Source of the DNA: Eledone cirrhosa
Taxonomy: Eukaryota
Reading direction: 5' to 3'
Assembly: GCA_964016885.1 (NCBI GenBank)
Contig: OZ024740.1
Location: forward strand, 15,252,001 to 15,316,000
DNA: 64,000 nucleotides
A program made the position numbers and the translations under genes. The notes under the pieces are model-generated. The model did not search any database and was not told the origin of the DNA. It worked only from the letters and a program-made list of their open reading frames with translations. This document shows positions 15,001-30,000 of this stretch, piece after piece (positions within the stretch are counted from its first letter, which is position 1; every line of letters begins with the position of its first letter).

Positions 15001-18000
15001 ATGTTGTAAACACCTTCATGGTTGTATTTCCCACTACACAGAGGTGTGAAATATAGGATGTTGTAAACACCTTCATGATTATATTTCCCACTAAACAGAG
15101 GTGTGAAATTTAGAATGTTTTAAATACCTTCATGTTTATATTTCCCAATAAACTGAGGTGTGAAATATAGGATGTTTTAAACACCTTCATGGTTATATTT
15201 CCCACTAAACAGAGGTGTGAAATATAGGATGTTTTAAACACCTTCATGGTTATATTTCCCACTAAACTGAGGTGTGAAATATCGGATATTTTAAACACCT
15301 TCATGGTTAAATTTCCCACTAATCAGAGGTGTGAAATATAGGATGTTTTAAACACCTTCATGGCTATATTTCCCCCACTAAACAGAGGTGTGGAATATAG
15401 GATGTTTTAAACCCCTTCATGGTTATATTGCACACTAAACAGAGGTGTGAAATATAGGATGTTTAAAACACCTTCATGGTTATATTTCCCACTAAACAGA
15501 GGTGTGAAATATAGGATGCTTTAAACACCTTCATGGTTATATTTCCCACTAAACAGAGGTGTGAAATATAGGATGTTTTAAACACCTTCATGATTATATT
15601 TCCCACTAAACAGAGGTGTGAAATATAGGATGTTTTAAACACCTTCATGGTTATATTTCCCACTAAACAGAGGTGTGAAATATAGGATGTTTTAAACCCC
15701 TTCATGGTTATATTTCCCACTAAACGGAGGTGTGCAATATAGGATGATTTAAACACCTTCATTATTATATTTCCTACTAAACAGAGGTGTGAAATATAGG
15801 ATGTTGTAAACACCTTCATGGTTATATTTCCCACTACACAGAGGTGTGAAATATAGGATGTTGTAAACACCTTCATGATTATATTTCCCACTAAACAGAG
15901 GTGTGAAATATAGAATGTTTTAAATACCTTCATGGTTATATTTCCCAATAAACAGAGGTGTGAAATATAGGATGTTTTAAACACCTTCATGGTTATATTT
16001 CCCACTAAACAGAGGTGTGAAATATAGGATGTTGTAAACACCTTCATGGTTACATTTCCCACTAAACAGAGGTGTGAAATATAGGATGTTTAAAACACCT
16101 TCATGGTTATACTTCCCACTAAACAGAGGTGTGAAATATAGGATGTTGTAAACACCTTCATGATTACATTTCCCACTAAACAGAGGTGTGAAACATAGGA
16201 TGTTTAAAACACCTTCATGGTTATACTTCCCACTAAACAGAGGTGTGAAATATAGGATGTTTTAACACCTTCATGGTTATATTTCCCACTAAACAGAGGT
16301 GTGAAATATAGGATGTTTTAAACACCTTCATGGTTATATTTCCCAATAAACAGAGGTGTGAAATATAGGATGTTTTAAACACCTTCATGGTTATGTTTCC
16401 CACTAAACAGAGGTGTCAAATATAGGATGTTTTAAACACCTTCATGGTTATATTTCCCACTAAACAGAGGTGTGAAATATAGGATGTTTTAAACACCTTC
16501 ATGGTTATATTTCCCACTAAACAGAGGTGTGCAATATACGATGTTTTAAACACCTTCATGATTATATTTCCCACTAAACAGAGGTGTGAAATATAGGATG
16601 TTGTAAACACCTTGATGGTTGTATTTCCCACTACACAGAGGTGTGAAATATAGGATGTTGTAAACACCTTCATGATTATATTTCCCACTAAACAGAGGTG
16701 TGAAATTTAGAATGTTTTAAACACCTTCATGGTTATATTTCCCAATAAACTGAGGTGTGAAATATAGGATGTTTTAAACACCTTCATGGTTATATTTCCC
16801 ACTAAACAGAGGTGTGGAATATAGGATGTTTAAAACACCTTCATGGTTATATTTCCCACTAAACAGAGGTGTGAAATATAGGATGTTTTAAACACCTTCA
16901 TGGTATATTTCCCACTAAACTGAGGTGTGAAATATCGGATGTTTTAAACACCTTCATGGTTATATTTCCCACTAAACAAAGGTGTGAAATATAGGATGTT
17001 TTAAACAGCTTCATGGTTATATTTCCCACTAAACAGAGGTGTGAAATATAGGATGTTGTAAACACCTTCATGGTTACATTTCCCACTAAACAGAGGTGTG
17101 AAATATAGGATGTTTAAAACACCTTCATGGCTATATTTCCCAATAAACAGAGGTGTGAAATATAGAATGTTTTAAATACCTTCATGGTTATATTTCCCAA
17201 TAAACAGAGGTGTGAAATATTGGATGTTTTAAACACCTTCATGGTTATATTTCCCACTAAACTGAGGTGTGAAATATCGGATATTTTAAACACCTTCATG
17301 GTTAAATTTCCCACTAATAAGAGGTGTGAAATATAGGATGTTTTAAACACCTTCATGGCTATATTTCCCACTAAACAGAGGTGTGGAATATAGGATGTTG
17401 TAAACACCTTCATGGTTATATTTCCCACTACACAGAGGTGTGAAATATAGGATGTTGTAAACACCTTCATGATTATATTTCCCACTAAACAGAGGTGTGA
17501 AATATAGAATGTTTTAAATACCTTCATGGTTATATTTCCCAATAAACAGAGGTGTGAAATATAGGATGTTTTAAACACCTTCATGGTTATATTTCCCACT
17601 AAACAGAGGTGTGAAATATAGGATGTTGTAAACACCTTCATGGTTACATTTCCCACTAAACAGAGGTGTGAAATATAGGATGTTTAAAACACCTTCATGG
17701 TTATACTTCCCACTAAACAGAGGTGTGAAATATAGGATGTTGTAAACACCTTCATGGTTACATTTCCCACTAAACAGAGGTGTGAAATATAGGATGTTTA
17801 AAACACCTTCATGGTTATACTTCCCACTAAACAGAGGTGTGAAATATAGGATGTTTTAACACCTTCATGGTTATATTTCCCACTAAACAGAGGTGTGAAA
17901 TATAGGATGTTTTAAACACCTTCATGGTTATATTTCCCAATAAACAGAGGTGTGAAATATAGGATGTTTTAAACACCTTCATGGTTATGTTTCCCACTAA

Positions 18001-21000
18001 ACAGAGGTGTCAAATATAGGATGTTTTAAACACCTTCATGGTTATATTTCCCACTAAACAGAGGTGTGAAATATAGGATGTTTTAAACACTTTCATGGTT
18101 ATATTTCCCACTAAACAGAGGTGTGCAATATACGATGTTTTAAACACCTTCATGATTATATTTCCCACTAAACAGAGGTGTGAAATATAGGATGTTGTAA
18201 ACACCTTGATGGTTGTATTTCCCACTACACAGAGGTGTGAAATATAGGATGTTGTAAACACCTTCATGATTATATTTCCCACTAAACAGAGGTGTGAAAT
18301 TTAGAATGTTTTAAACACCTTCATGGTTATATTTCCCAATAAACTGAGGTGTGAAATATAGGATGTTTTAAACACCTTCATGGTTATATTTCCCACTAAA
18401 CAGAGGTGTGGAATATAGGATGTTTAAAACACCTTCATGGTTATATTTCCCACTAAACAGAGGTGTGAAATATAGGATGTTGTAAACACCTTCATGGTTA
18501 CATTTCCCACTAAACAGAGGTGTGAAATATAGGATGTTTAAAACACCTTCATGGCTATATTTCCCAATAAACAGAGGTGTGAAATATAGAATGTTTTAAA
18601 TACCTTCATGGTTATATTTCCCAATAAACAGAGGTGTGAAATATTGGATGTTTTAAACACCTTCATGGTTATATTTCCCACTAAACTGAGGTGTGAAATA
18701 TCGGATGTTTAAAACACCTTCATGGCTATATTTCCCAATAAACAGAGGTGTGAAATTTAGAATGTTTTAAACACCTTAATGGTTATATTTCCCAATAAAC
18801 TGAGGTGTGAAATATAGGATGTTTTAAACACCTTCATGGTTATATTTCCCACTAAACAGAGGTGTGGAATATAGGATGTTTAAAACACCTTCATGGTTAT
18901 ATTTCCCACTAAACAGAGGTGTGAAATATAGGATGTTTTAAACACCTTCATGGTATATTTCCCACTAAACTGAGGTGTGAAATATCGGATGTTTTAAACA
19001 CCTTCATGTTTATATTTCCCACTAAACAGAGGTGTGAAATATAGGATGTTTTAAACACCTTCATGGTTATATTTCCCACTAAACAGAGGTGTGGAATATA
19101 GGATGTTTTAAACCCCTTCATGGTTATATTTCCCACTAAACAGAGGTGTGGAATATAGGATGTTTTAAACCCCTTCATGGTTATATTTCCCACTAAACAG
19201 AGGTGTGCAATATAGGATGTTTTAAACACCTTCATGATTATATTTCCCACTAAACAGAGGTGTGAAATATAGGATGTTGTAAACACCTTCATGGTTATAT
19301 TTCCCACTACACAGAGGTGTGAAATATAGGATGTTGTTAACACCTTCATGATTATATTTCCCACTAAACAGAGGTGTGAAATATAGAATGTTTTAAATAC
19401 CTTCATGGTTATATTTACCAATAAACAGAGGTGTGAAATATAGTTTTTTTTAAACAACTTCATGGTTATATTTCCCACTAAACAGAGGTGTGAAATATAG
19501 GATGTTTTAAACACCTTCATGGTTATGTTTCCCACTAAACAGAGGTGTCAAATATAGGATGTTTTAAACCCCTTCATGGTTATATTTCCCACTAAACAGA
19601 GGTGTGCAATATAGGATGTTTTAAACACCTTCATGATTATATTTCCCACTAAACAGAGGTGTGAAATATAGGATGTTTTAAACACCTTCATGGCTATATT
19701 TCCCACTAAACAGAGGTGTGGAATATAGGATGTTTTAAACCCCTTCAGGGTTATATTTCACACTAAACAGAGGTGTGGAATATAGGATGTTTAAAACACC
19801 TTCATGGTTATATTTCCCACTAAACAGAGGTGTGAAATATAGGATGCTTTAAACACCTTCATGGTTATATTTCCCACTAAACAGAGGTGTGAAATATAGG
19901 ATGTTTTAAACACCTTCATGGTTATATTTCCGACTAAACAGAGGTCTGAAATATAGGATGTTTTAAACACCTTCATGGTTATATGTCCCACTAAACAGAG
20001 GAGTGCAATATTGGATGTTTTAAACCCCTTCATGGTTATATTTCCCACTAAACAGAGGTGTGAAATATAGGATGTTTTAAACCCCTTCATGGTTATATTT
20101 CCCACTAAACAGAGGTGTGCAATATAGGATGTTTTAAACACCTTCATGATTATATTTCCCACTAAACAGAGGTGTGAAATATAGGATGTTGTAAACACCT
20201 TCATGGTTATATTTCCCACTACACAGAGGTGTGAAATATAGGATGTTGTAAACACCTTCATGATTATATTTCCCACTAAACAGAGGTGTGAAATATAGAA
20301 TGTTTTAAATACCTTCATGGTTATATTTCCCAATAAACAGAGGTGTGAAATATAGGATGTTTTAAACAACTTCATGGTTATATTTCCCACTAAACAGAGG
20401 TGTGAAATATAGGATGTTTTAAACACCTTCATGGCTATATTTCCCACTAAACAGAGGTGTGAAATATAGGATGTTTTAAACCCATTCCTGGTTATATTTC
20501 ACACTATACAGAGGTGTGGAATATAGGATGTTTAAAACACCTTCATGGTTATATTTCCCACTAAACAGAGGTGTGAAATATAGAATGTTTTAAATACCTT
20601 CATGATTATATTTCCCAATAATCAGAGGTGTGAAATATAGGATGTTTTAAACACCTTCATGGTTATACTTCCCACTAAACAGAGGTGTGAAATATAGGAT
20701 GTTGTAAACACCTTCATGGTTACATTTCCCACTAAACAGAGGTGTGAAATATAGGATGTTTAAAACACCTTCATGGCTATATTTCCCAATAAACAGAGGT
20801 GTGAAATATAGAATGTTTTAAATACCTTCATGGTTATATTTCCCAATAAACAGAGGTGTGAAATATAGGATGTTTTAAACACCTTCATGGTTATATTTCC
20901 CACTAAACAGAGGTGTGAAATATAGGATGTTTTAAACACCTTCATGGTTATATTTCCCACTAAACAGAGGTGTGAAATATAGGATGTTTTAAACCCCTTC

Positions 21001-24000
21001 ATGGTTATATTTCCCACTACACAGAGGTGTGAAATATAGGATGTTGTAAACACCTTCATGATTATATTTCCCACTAAACAGAGGTGTGAAATATAGAATG
21101 TTTTAAATACCTTCATGGTTATATTTCCCAATAAACAGAGGTGTGAAATATAGAATGTTTTAAACACCTTCATGGTTATATTTCCCACTAAACAGAGGTG
21201 TGAAATATAGGATGTTGTAAACACCTTCATGGTTATATTTCCCACTACACAGAGGTGTGAAATATAGGATGTTGTTAACACCTTCATGATTATATTTCCC
21301 ACTAAACAGAGGTGTGAAATATAGAATGTTTTAAATACCTTCATGGTTATATTTACCAATAAACAGAGGTGTGAAATATAGTTTTTTTTAAACAACTTCA
21401 TGGTTATATTTCCCACTAAACAGAGGTGTGAAATATAGGATGTTTTAAACACCTTCATGGTTATGTTTCCCACTAAACAGAGGTGTCAAAAATAGGATGT
21501 TTTAAACCCCTTCATGGTTATATTTCCCACTAAACAGAGGTGTGCAATATAGGATGTTTTAAACACCTTCATGATTATATTTCCCACTAAACAGAGGTGT
21601 GAAATATAGGATGTTTTAAACACCTTCATGGCTATATTTCCCACTAAACAGAGGTGTGGAATATAGGATGTTTTAAACCCCTTCAGGGTTATATTTCACA
21701 CTAAACAGAGGTGTGGAATATAGGATGTTTAAAACACCTTCATGGTTATATTTCCCACTAAACAGAGGTGTGAAATATAGGATGCTTTAAACACCTTCAT
21801 GGTTATATTTCCCACTAAACAGAGGTGTGAAATATAGGATGTTTTAAACACCTTCATGGTTATATTTCCGACTAAACAGAGGTGTGAAATATAGGATGTT
21901 TTAAACACCTTCATGGTTATATGTCCCACTAAACAGAGGAGTGCAATATTGGATGTTTTAAACCCCTTCATGGTTATATTTCCCACTAAACAGAGGTGTG
22001 AAATATAGGATGTTTTAAACCCCTTCATGGTTATATTTCCCACTAAACAGAGGTGTGCAATATAGGATGTTTTAAACACCTTCATGATTATATTTCCCAC
22101 TAAACAGAGGTGTGAAATATAGGATGTTGTAAACACCTTCATGGTTATATTTCCCACTACACAGAGGTGTGAAATATAGGATGTTGTAAACACCTTCATG
22201 ATTATATTTCCCACTAAACAGAGGTGTGAAATATAGAATGTTTTAAATACCTTCATGGTTATATTTCCCAATAAACAGAGGTGTGAAATATAGGATGTTT
22301 TAAACAACTTCATGGTTATATTTCCCACTAAACAGAGGTGTGAAATATAGGATGTTTTAAACACCTTCATGGCTATATTTCCCACTAAACAGAGGTGTGA
22401 AATATAGGATGTTTTAAACCCATTCCTGGTTATATTTCACACTATACAGAGGTGTGGAATATAGGATGTTTAAAACACCTTCATGGTTATATTTCCCACT
22501 AAACAGAGGTGTGAAATATAGAATGTTTTAAATACCTTCATGATTATATTTCCCAATAATCAGAGGTGTGAAATATAGGATGTTTTAAACACCTTCATGG
22601 TTATACTTCCCACTAAACAGAGGTGTGAAATATAGGATGTTGTAAACACCTTCATGGTTACATTTCCCACTAAACAGAGGTGTGAAATATAGGATGTTTA
22701 AAACACCTTCATGGCTATATTTCCCAATAAACAGAGGTGTGAAATATAGAATGTTTTAAATACCTTCATGGTTATATTTCCCAATAAACAGAGGTGTGAA
22801 ATATAGGATGTTTTAAACACCTTCATGGTTATATTTCCCACTAAACAGAGGTGTGAAATATAGGATGTTTTAAACACCTTCATGGTTATATTTCCCACTA
22901 AACAGAGGTGTGAAATATAGGATGTTTTAAACCCCTTCATGGTTATATTTCCCACTACACAGAGGTGTGAAATATAGGATGTTGTAAACACCTTCATGAT
23001 TATATTTCCCACTAAACAGAGGTGTGAAATATAGAATGTTTTAAATACCTTCATGGTTATATTTCCCAATATACAGAGGTGTGAAATATAGAATGTTTTA
23101 AACACCTTCATGGTTATATTTCCCACTAAACAGAGGTGTGAAATATAGGATGTTTTAAACACCTTCATGGTTACATTTCCCACTAAACAGAGGTGTGAAA
23201 TATAGGATGTTTAAAACACCTTCATGGCTATATTTCCCAATAAACAGAGGTGTGAAATATAGAATGTTTTAAATACCTTCATGGTTATATTTCCCAATAA
23301 ACAGAGGTGTGAAATATAGGATGTTTTAAACACATTCATGGTTATATTTCCCACTAAACAGAGGTGTGCAATATAGGATGTTTTAAACACCTTCATGATT
23401 ATATTTCCCGCTAAACAGAGGTGTGAAATATAGGATGTTGTAAACACCTTCATGGTTATATTTACCACTACACAGAGGTGTGAAATATAGGATGTTGTAA
23501 ACACCTTCATGATTATATTTCCCACTAAACAGAGGTGTGAAATATAGAATGTTTTAAATATATTCATGGTTATATTTCCCAATAAACAGAGGTGTGAAAT
23601 ATAGGATGTTTTAAACACCTTCATGGTTATATTTCCCACTAAACAGAGGTGTGAAATATAGGATGTTTTAAATACCTTAATGGTTATATTTCCCACTAAA
23701 CAGAGGTGTGAAATATAGGATGTTTTAAACACCTTCATGGTTATATTTCCCACTAAACAGATGTGTGAAATATAGGATGTTTTAAACACCTTCATGTTTA
23801 TATTTCCCACTAAACAGAGGTGTGAAATATAGGATGTTTTAAATACCTTCATGGTTATATTTCCCACTAAACAGAGGTGTGCAATATAGGATGTTTTAAA
23901 CACCTTCATGGTTATATTTCCCACTAAATAGAGGTGTGAAATATAGGATGTTTTAAACACCTTCATGGCTATATTTCCCACTAAACAGAGGTGTGAAATA

Positions 24001-27000
24001 TAGGATGTTTTAAACACCTTCATGGTTATATTTCCCACTAAACTGAGGTGTAAAATATCGGATGTTTTAAACACCTTCATGGTTAAATTTCCCACTAAAC
24101 AGAGGTGTGAAATATAGGATGCTTTAAACACCTTCATGGCTATATTTCCCACTAAACAGAGGTGTGAAATATAGGATGCTTTAAACACCTTCATGGTTAT
24201 ATTTCCCACTAAACGGAGGTGTGAAATATAGGATGTCTTAACACCTTCATAGTTATATTTCCCACTAAAGAGTGGTGTGAAATATAGGATGTTTTAAACA
24301 CCTTCATGGTTATATTTCCGACAAAACAGAGGTGTCAAATATAGGATGTTTTAAACCCCTTCATGGTTATATTTCCCACTAAACAGAGGTGTGCAATATA
24401 GGATGTTTTAAACACCTTCATGATTATATTTCCCACTAAACAGAGGTGTGAAATATAGGATGTTTTAAACACCTTCATGGCTATATTTCCCACTAAACAG
24501 AGGTGTGGAATATAGGATGTTTTAAACCCCTTCAGGGTTATATTTCACACTAAACAGAGGTGTGGAATATAGGATGTTTAAAACACCTTCATGGTTATAT
24601 TTCCCACTAAACAGAGGTGTGAAATATAGGATGCTTTAAACACCTTCATGGTTATATTTCCCACTAAACAGAGGTGTGAAATATAGGATGTTTTAAACAC
24701 CTTCATGGTTATATTTCCGACTAAACAGAGGTGTGAAATATAGGATGTTTTAAACACCTTCATGGTTATATGTCCCACTAAACAGAGGAGTGCAATATTG
24801 GATGTTTTAAACCCCTTCATGGTTATATTTCCCACTAAACAGAGGTGTGAAATATAGGATGTTTTAAACCCCTTCATGGTTATATTTCCCACTAAACAGA
24901 GGTGTGCAATATAGGATGTTTTAAACACCTTCATGATTATATTTCCCACTAAACAGAGGTGTGAAATATAGGATGTTGTAAACACCTTCATGGTTATATT
25001 TCCCACTACACAGAGGTGTGAAATATAGGATGTTGTAAACACCTTCATGATTATATTTCCCACTAAACAGAGGTGTGAAATATAGAATGTTTTAAATACC
25101 TTCATGGTTATATTTCCCAATAAACAGAGGTGTGAAATATAGGATGTTTTAAACAACTTCATGGTTATATTTCCCACTAAACAGAGGTGTGAAATATAGG
25201 ATGTTTTAAACACCTTCATGGCTATATTTCCCACTAAACAGAGGTGTGAAATATAGGATGTTTTAAACCCATTCCTGGTTATATTTCACACTATACAGAG
25301 GTGTGGAATATAGGATGTTTAAAACACCTTCATGGTTATATTTCCCACTAAACAGAGGTGTGAAATATAGAATGTTTTAAATACCTTCATGATTATATTT
25401 CCCAATAATCAGAGGTGTGAAATATAGGATGTTTTAAACACCTTCATGGTTATACTTCCCACTAAACAGAGGTGTGAAATATAGGATGTTGTAAACACCT
25501 TCATGGTTACATTTCCCACTAAACAGAGGTGTGAAATATAGGATGTTTAAAACACCTTCATGGCTATATTTCCCAATAAACAGAGGTGTGAAATATAGAA
25601 TGTTTTAAATACCTTCATGGTTATATTTCCCAATAAACAGAGGTGTGAAATATAGGATGTTTTAAACACCTTCATGGTTATATTTCCCACTAAACAGAGG
25701 TGTGAAATATAGGATGTTTTAAACACCTTCATGGTTATATTTCCCACTAAACAGAGGTGTGAAATATAGGATGTTTTAAACCCCTTCATGGTTATATTTC
25801 CCACTACACAGAGGTGTGAAATATAGGATGTTGTAAACACCTTCATGATTATATTTCCCACTAAACAGAGGTGTGAAATATAGAATGTTTTAAATACCTT
25901 CATGGTTATATTTCCCAATAAACAGAGGTGTGAAATATAGAATGTTTTAAACACCTTCATGGTTATATTTCCCACTAAACAGAGGTGTGAAATATAGGAT
26001 GTTGTAAACACCTTCATGGTTATATTTCCCACTACACAGAGGTGTGAAATATAGGATGTTGTTAACACCTTCATGATTATATTTCCCACTAAACAGAGGT
26101 GTGAAATATAGAATGTTTTAAATACCTTCATGGTTATATTTACCAATAAACAGAGGTGTGAAATATAGTTTTTTTTAAACAACTTCATGGTTATATTTCC
26201 CACTAAACAGAGGTGTGAAATATAGGATGTTTTAAACACCTTCATGGTTATGTTTCCCACTAAACAGAGGTGTCAAATATAGGATGTTTTAAACCCCTTC
26301 ATGGTTATATTTCCCACTAAACAGAGGTGTGCAATATAGGATGTTTTAAACACCTTCATGATTATATTTCCCACTAAACAGAGGTGTGAAATATAGGATG
26401 TTTTAAACACCTTCATGGCTATATTTCCCACTAAACAGAGGTGTGGAATATAGGATGTTTTAAACCCCTTCAGGGTTATATTTCACACTAAACAGAGGTG
26501 TGGAATATAGGATGTTTAAAACACCTTCATGGTTATATTTCCCACTAAACAGAGGTGTGAAATATAGGATGCTTTAAACACCTTCATGGTTATATTTCCC
26601 ACTAAACAGAGGTGTGAAATATAGGATGTTTTAAACACCTTCATGGTTATATTTCCGACTAAACAGAGGTGTGAAATATAGGATGTTTTAAACACCTTCA
26701 TGGTTATATGTCCCACTAAACAGAGGAGTGCAATATTGGATGTTTTAAACCCCTTCATGGTTATATTTCCCACTAAACAGAGGTGTGAAATATAGGATGT
26801 TTTAAACCCCTTCATGGTTATATTTCCCACTAAACAGAGGTGTGCAATATAGGATGTTTTAAACACCTTCATGATTATATTTCCCACTAAACAGAGGTGT
26901 GAAATATAGGATGTTGTAAACACCTTCATGGTTATATTTCCCACTACACAGAGGTGTGAAATATAGGATGTTGTAAACACCTTCATGATTATATTTCCCA

Positions 27001-30000
27001 CTAAACAGAGGTGTGAAATATAGAATGTTTTAAATACCTTCATGGTTATATTTCCCAATAAACAGAGGTGTGAAATATAGGATGTTTTAAACAACTTCAT
27101 GGTTATATTTCCCACTAAACAGAGGTGTGAAATATAGGATGTTTTAAACACCTTCATGGCTATATTTCCCACTAAACAGAGGTGTGAAATATAGGATGTT
27201 TTAAACCCATTCCTGGTTATATTTCACACTATACAGAGGTGTGGAATATAGGATGTTTAAAACACCTTCATGGTTATATTTCCCACTAAACAGAGGTGTG
27301 AAATATAGAATGTTTTAAATACCTTCATGATTATATTTCCCAATAATCAGAGGTGTGAAATATAGGATGTTTTAAACACCTTCATGGTTATACTTCCCAC
27401 TAAACAGAGGTGTGAAATATAGGATGTTGTAAACACCTTCATGGTTACATTTCCCACTAAACAGAGGTGTGAAATATAGGATGTTTAAAACACCTTCATG
27501 GCTATATTTCCCAATAAACAGAGGTGTGAAATATAGGATGTTTTAAACACCTTCATGGTTATATTTCCCACTAAACAGAGGTGTGAAATATAGGATGTTT
27601 TAAACACCTTCATGGTTATATTTCCCACTAAACAGAGGTGTGAAATATAGGATGTTTTAAACCCCTTCATGGTTATATTTCCCACTACACAGAGGTGTGA
27701 AATATAGGATGTTGTAAACACCTTCATGATTATATTTCCCACTAAACAGAGGTGTGAAATATAGAATGTTTTAAATACCTTCATGGTTATATTTCCCAAT
27801 ATACAGAGGTGTGAAATATAGAATGTTTTAAACACCTTCATGGTTATATTTCCCACTAAACAGAGGTGTGAAATATAGGATGTTTTAAACACCTTCATGG
27901 TTACATTTCCCACTAAACAGAGGTGTGAAATATAGGATGTTTAAAACACCTTCATGGCTATATTTCCCAATAAACAGAGGTGTGAAATATAGAATGTTTT
28001 AAATACCTTCATGGTTATATTTCCCAATAAACAGAGGTGTGAAATATAGGATGTTTTAAACACATTCATGGTTATATTTCCCACTAAACAGAGGTGTGCA
28101 ATATAGGATGTTTTAAACACCTTCATGATTATATTTCCCGCTAAACAGAGGTGTGAAATATAGGATGTTGTAAACACCTTCATGGTTATATTTACCACTA
28201 CACAGAGGTGTGAAATATAGGATGTTGTAAACACCTTCATGATTATATTTCCCACTAAACAGAGGTGTGAAATATAGAATGTTTTAAATATATTCATGGT
28301 TATATTTCCCAATAAACAGAGGTGTGAAATATAGGATGTTTTAAACACCTTCATGGTTATATTTCCCACTAAACAGAGGTGTGAAATATAGGATGTTTTA
28401 AATACCTTAATGGTTATATTTCCCACTAAACAGATGTGTGAAATATAGGATGTTTTAAACACCTTCATGTTTATATTTCCCACTAAACAGAGGTGTGAAA
28501 TATAGGATGTTTTAAATACCTTCATGGTTATATTTCCCACTAAACAGAGGTGTGCAATATAGGATGTTTTAAACACCTTCATGGTTATATTTCCCACTAA
28601 ATAGAGGTGTGAAATATAGGATGTTTTAAACACCTTCATGGCTATATTTCCCACTAAACAGAGGTGTGAAATATAGGATGTTTTAAACACCTTCATGGTT
28701 ATATTTCCCACTAAACTGAGGTGTAAAATATCGGATGTTTTAAACACCTTCATGGTTAAATTTCCCACTAAACAGAGGTGTGAAATATAGGATGCTTTAA
28801 ACACCTTCATGGCTATATTTCCCACTAAACAGAGGTGTGAAATATAGGATGCTTTAAACACCTTCATGGTTATATTTCCCACTAAACGGAGGTGTGAAAT
28901 ATAGGATGTCTTAACACCTTCATAGTTATATTTCCCACTAAAGAGTGGTGTGAAATATAGGATGTTTTAAACACCTTCATGGTTATATTTCCGACAAAAC
29001 AGAGGTGTCAAATATAGGATGTTTTAAACCCCTTCATGGTTATATTTCCCACTAAACAGAGGTGTGCAATATAGGATGTTGTAAACACCTTCATGATTAT
29101 ATTTCCCACTAAACAGAGGTGTGAAATATAGAATGTTTTAAATATATTCATGGTTATATTTCCCAATAAACAGAGGTGTGAAATATAGGATGTTTTAAAC
29201 ACCTTCATGGTTATATTTCCCACTAAACAGAGGTGTGAAATATAGGATGTTTTAAATACCTTAATGGTTATATTTCCCACTAAACAGATGTGTGAAATAT
29301 AGGATGTTTTAAACACCTTCATGTTTATATTTCCCACTAAACAGAGGTGTGAAATATAGGATGTTTTAAATACCTTCATGGTTATATTTCCCACTAAACA
29401 GAGGTGTGCAATATAGGATGTTTTAAACACCTTCATGGTTATATTTCCCACTAAATAGAGGTGTGAAATATAGGATGTTTTAAACACCTTCATGGCTATA
29501 TTTCCCACTAAACAGAGGTGTGAAATATAGGATGTTTTAAACACCTTCATGGTTATATTTCCCACTAAACTGAGGTGTAAAATATCGGATGTTTTAAACA
29601 CCTTCATGGTTAAATTTCCCACTAAACAGAGGTGTGAAATATAGGATGCTTTAAACACCTTCATGGCTATATTTCCCACTAAACAGAGGTGTGAAATATA
29701 GGATGCTTTAAACACCTTCATGGTTATATTTCCCACTAAACGGAGGTGTGAAATATAGGATGTCTTAACACCTTCATAGTTATATTTCCCACTAAAGAGT
29801 GGTGTGAAATATAGGATGTTTTAAACACCTTCATGGTTATATTTCCGACAAAACAGAGGTGTCAAATATAGGATGTTTTAAACCCCTTCATGGTTATATT
29901 TCCCACTAAACAGAGGTGTGCAATATAGGATGTTTTAAACACCTTCATGATTATATTTCCCACTAAACAGAGGTGTGAAATATAGGATGTTTTAAACACC

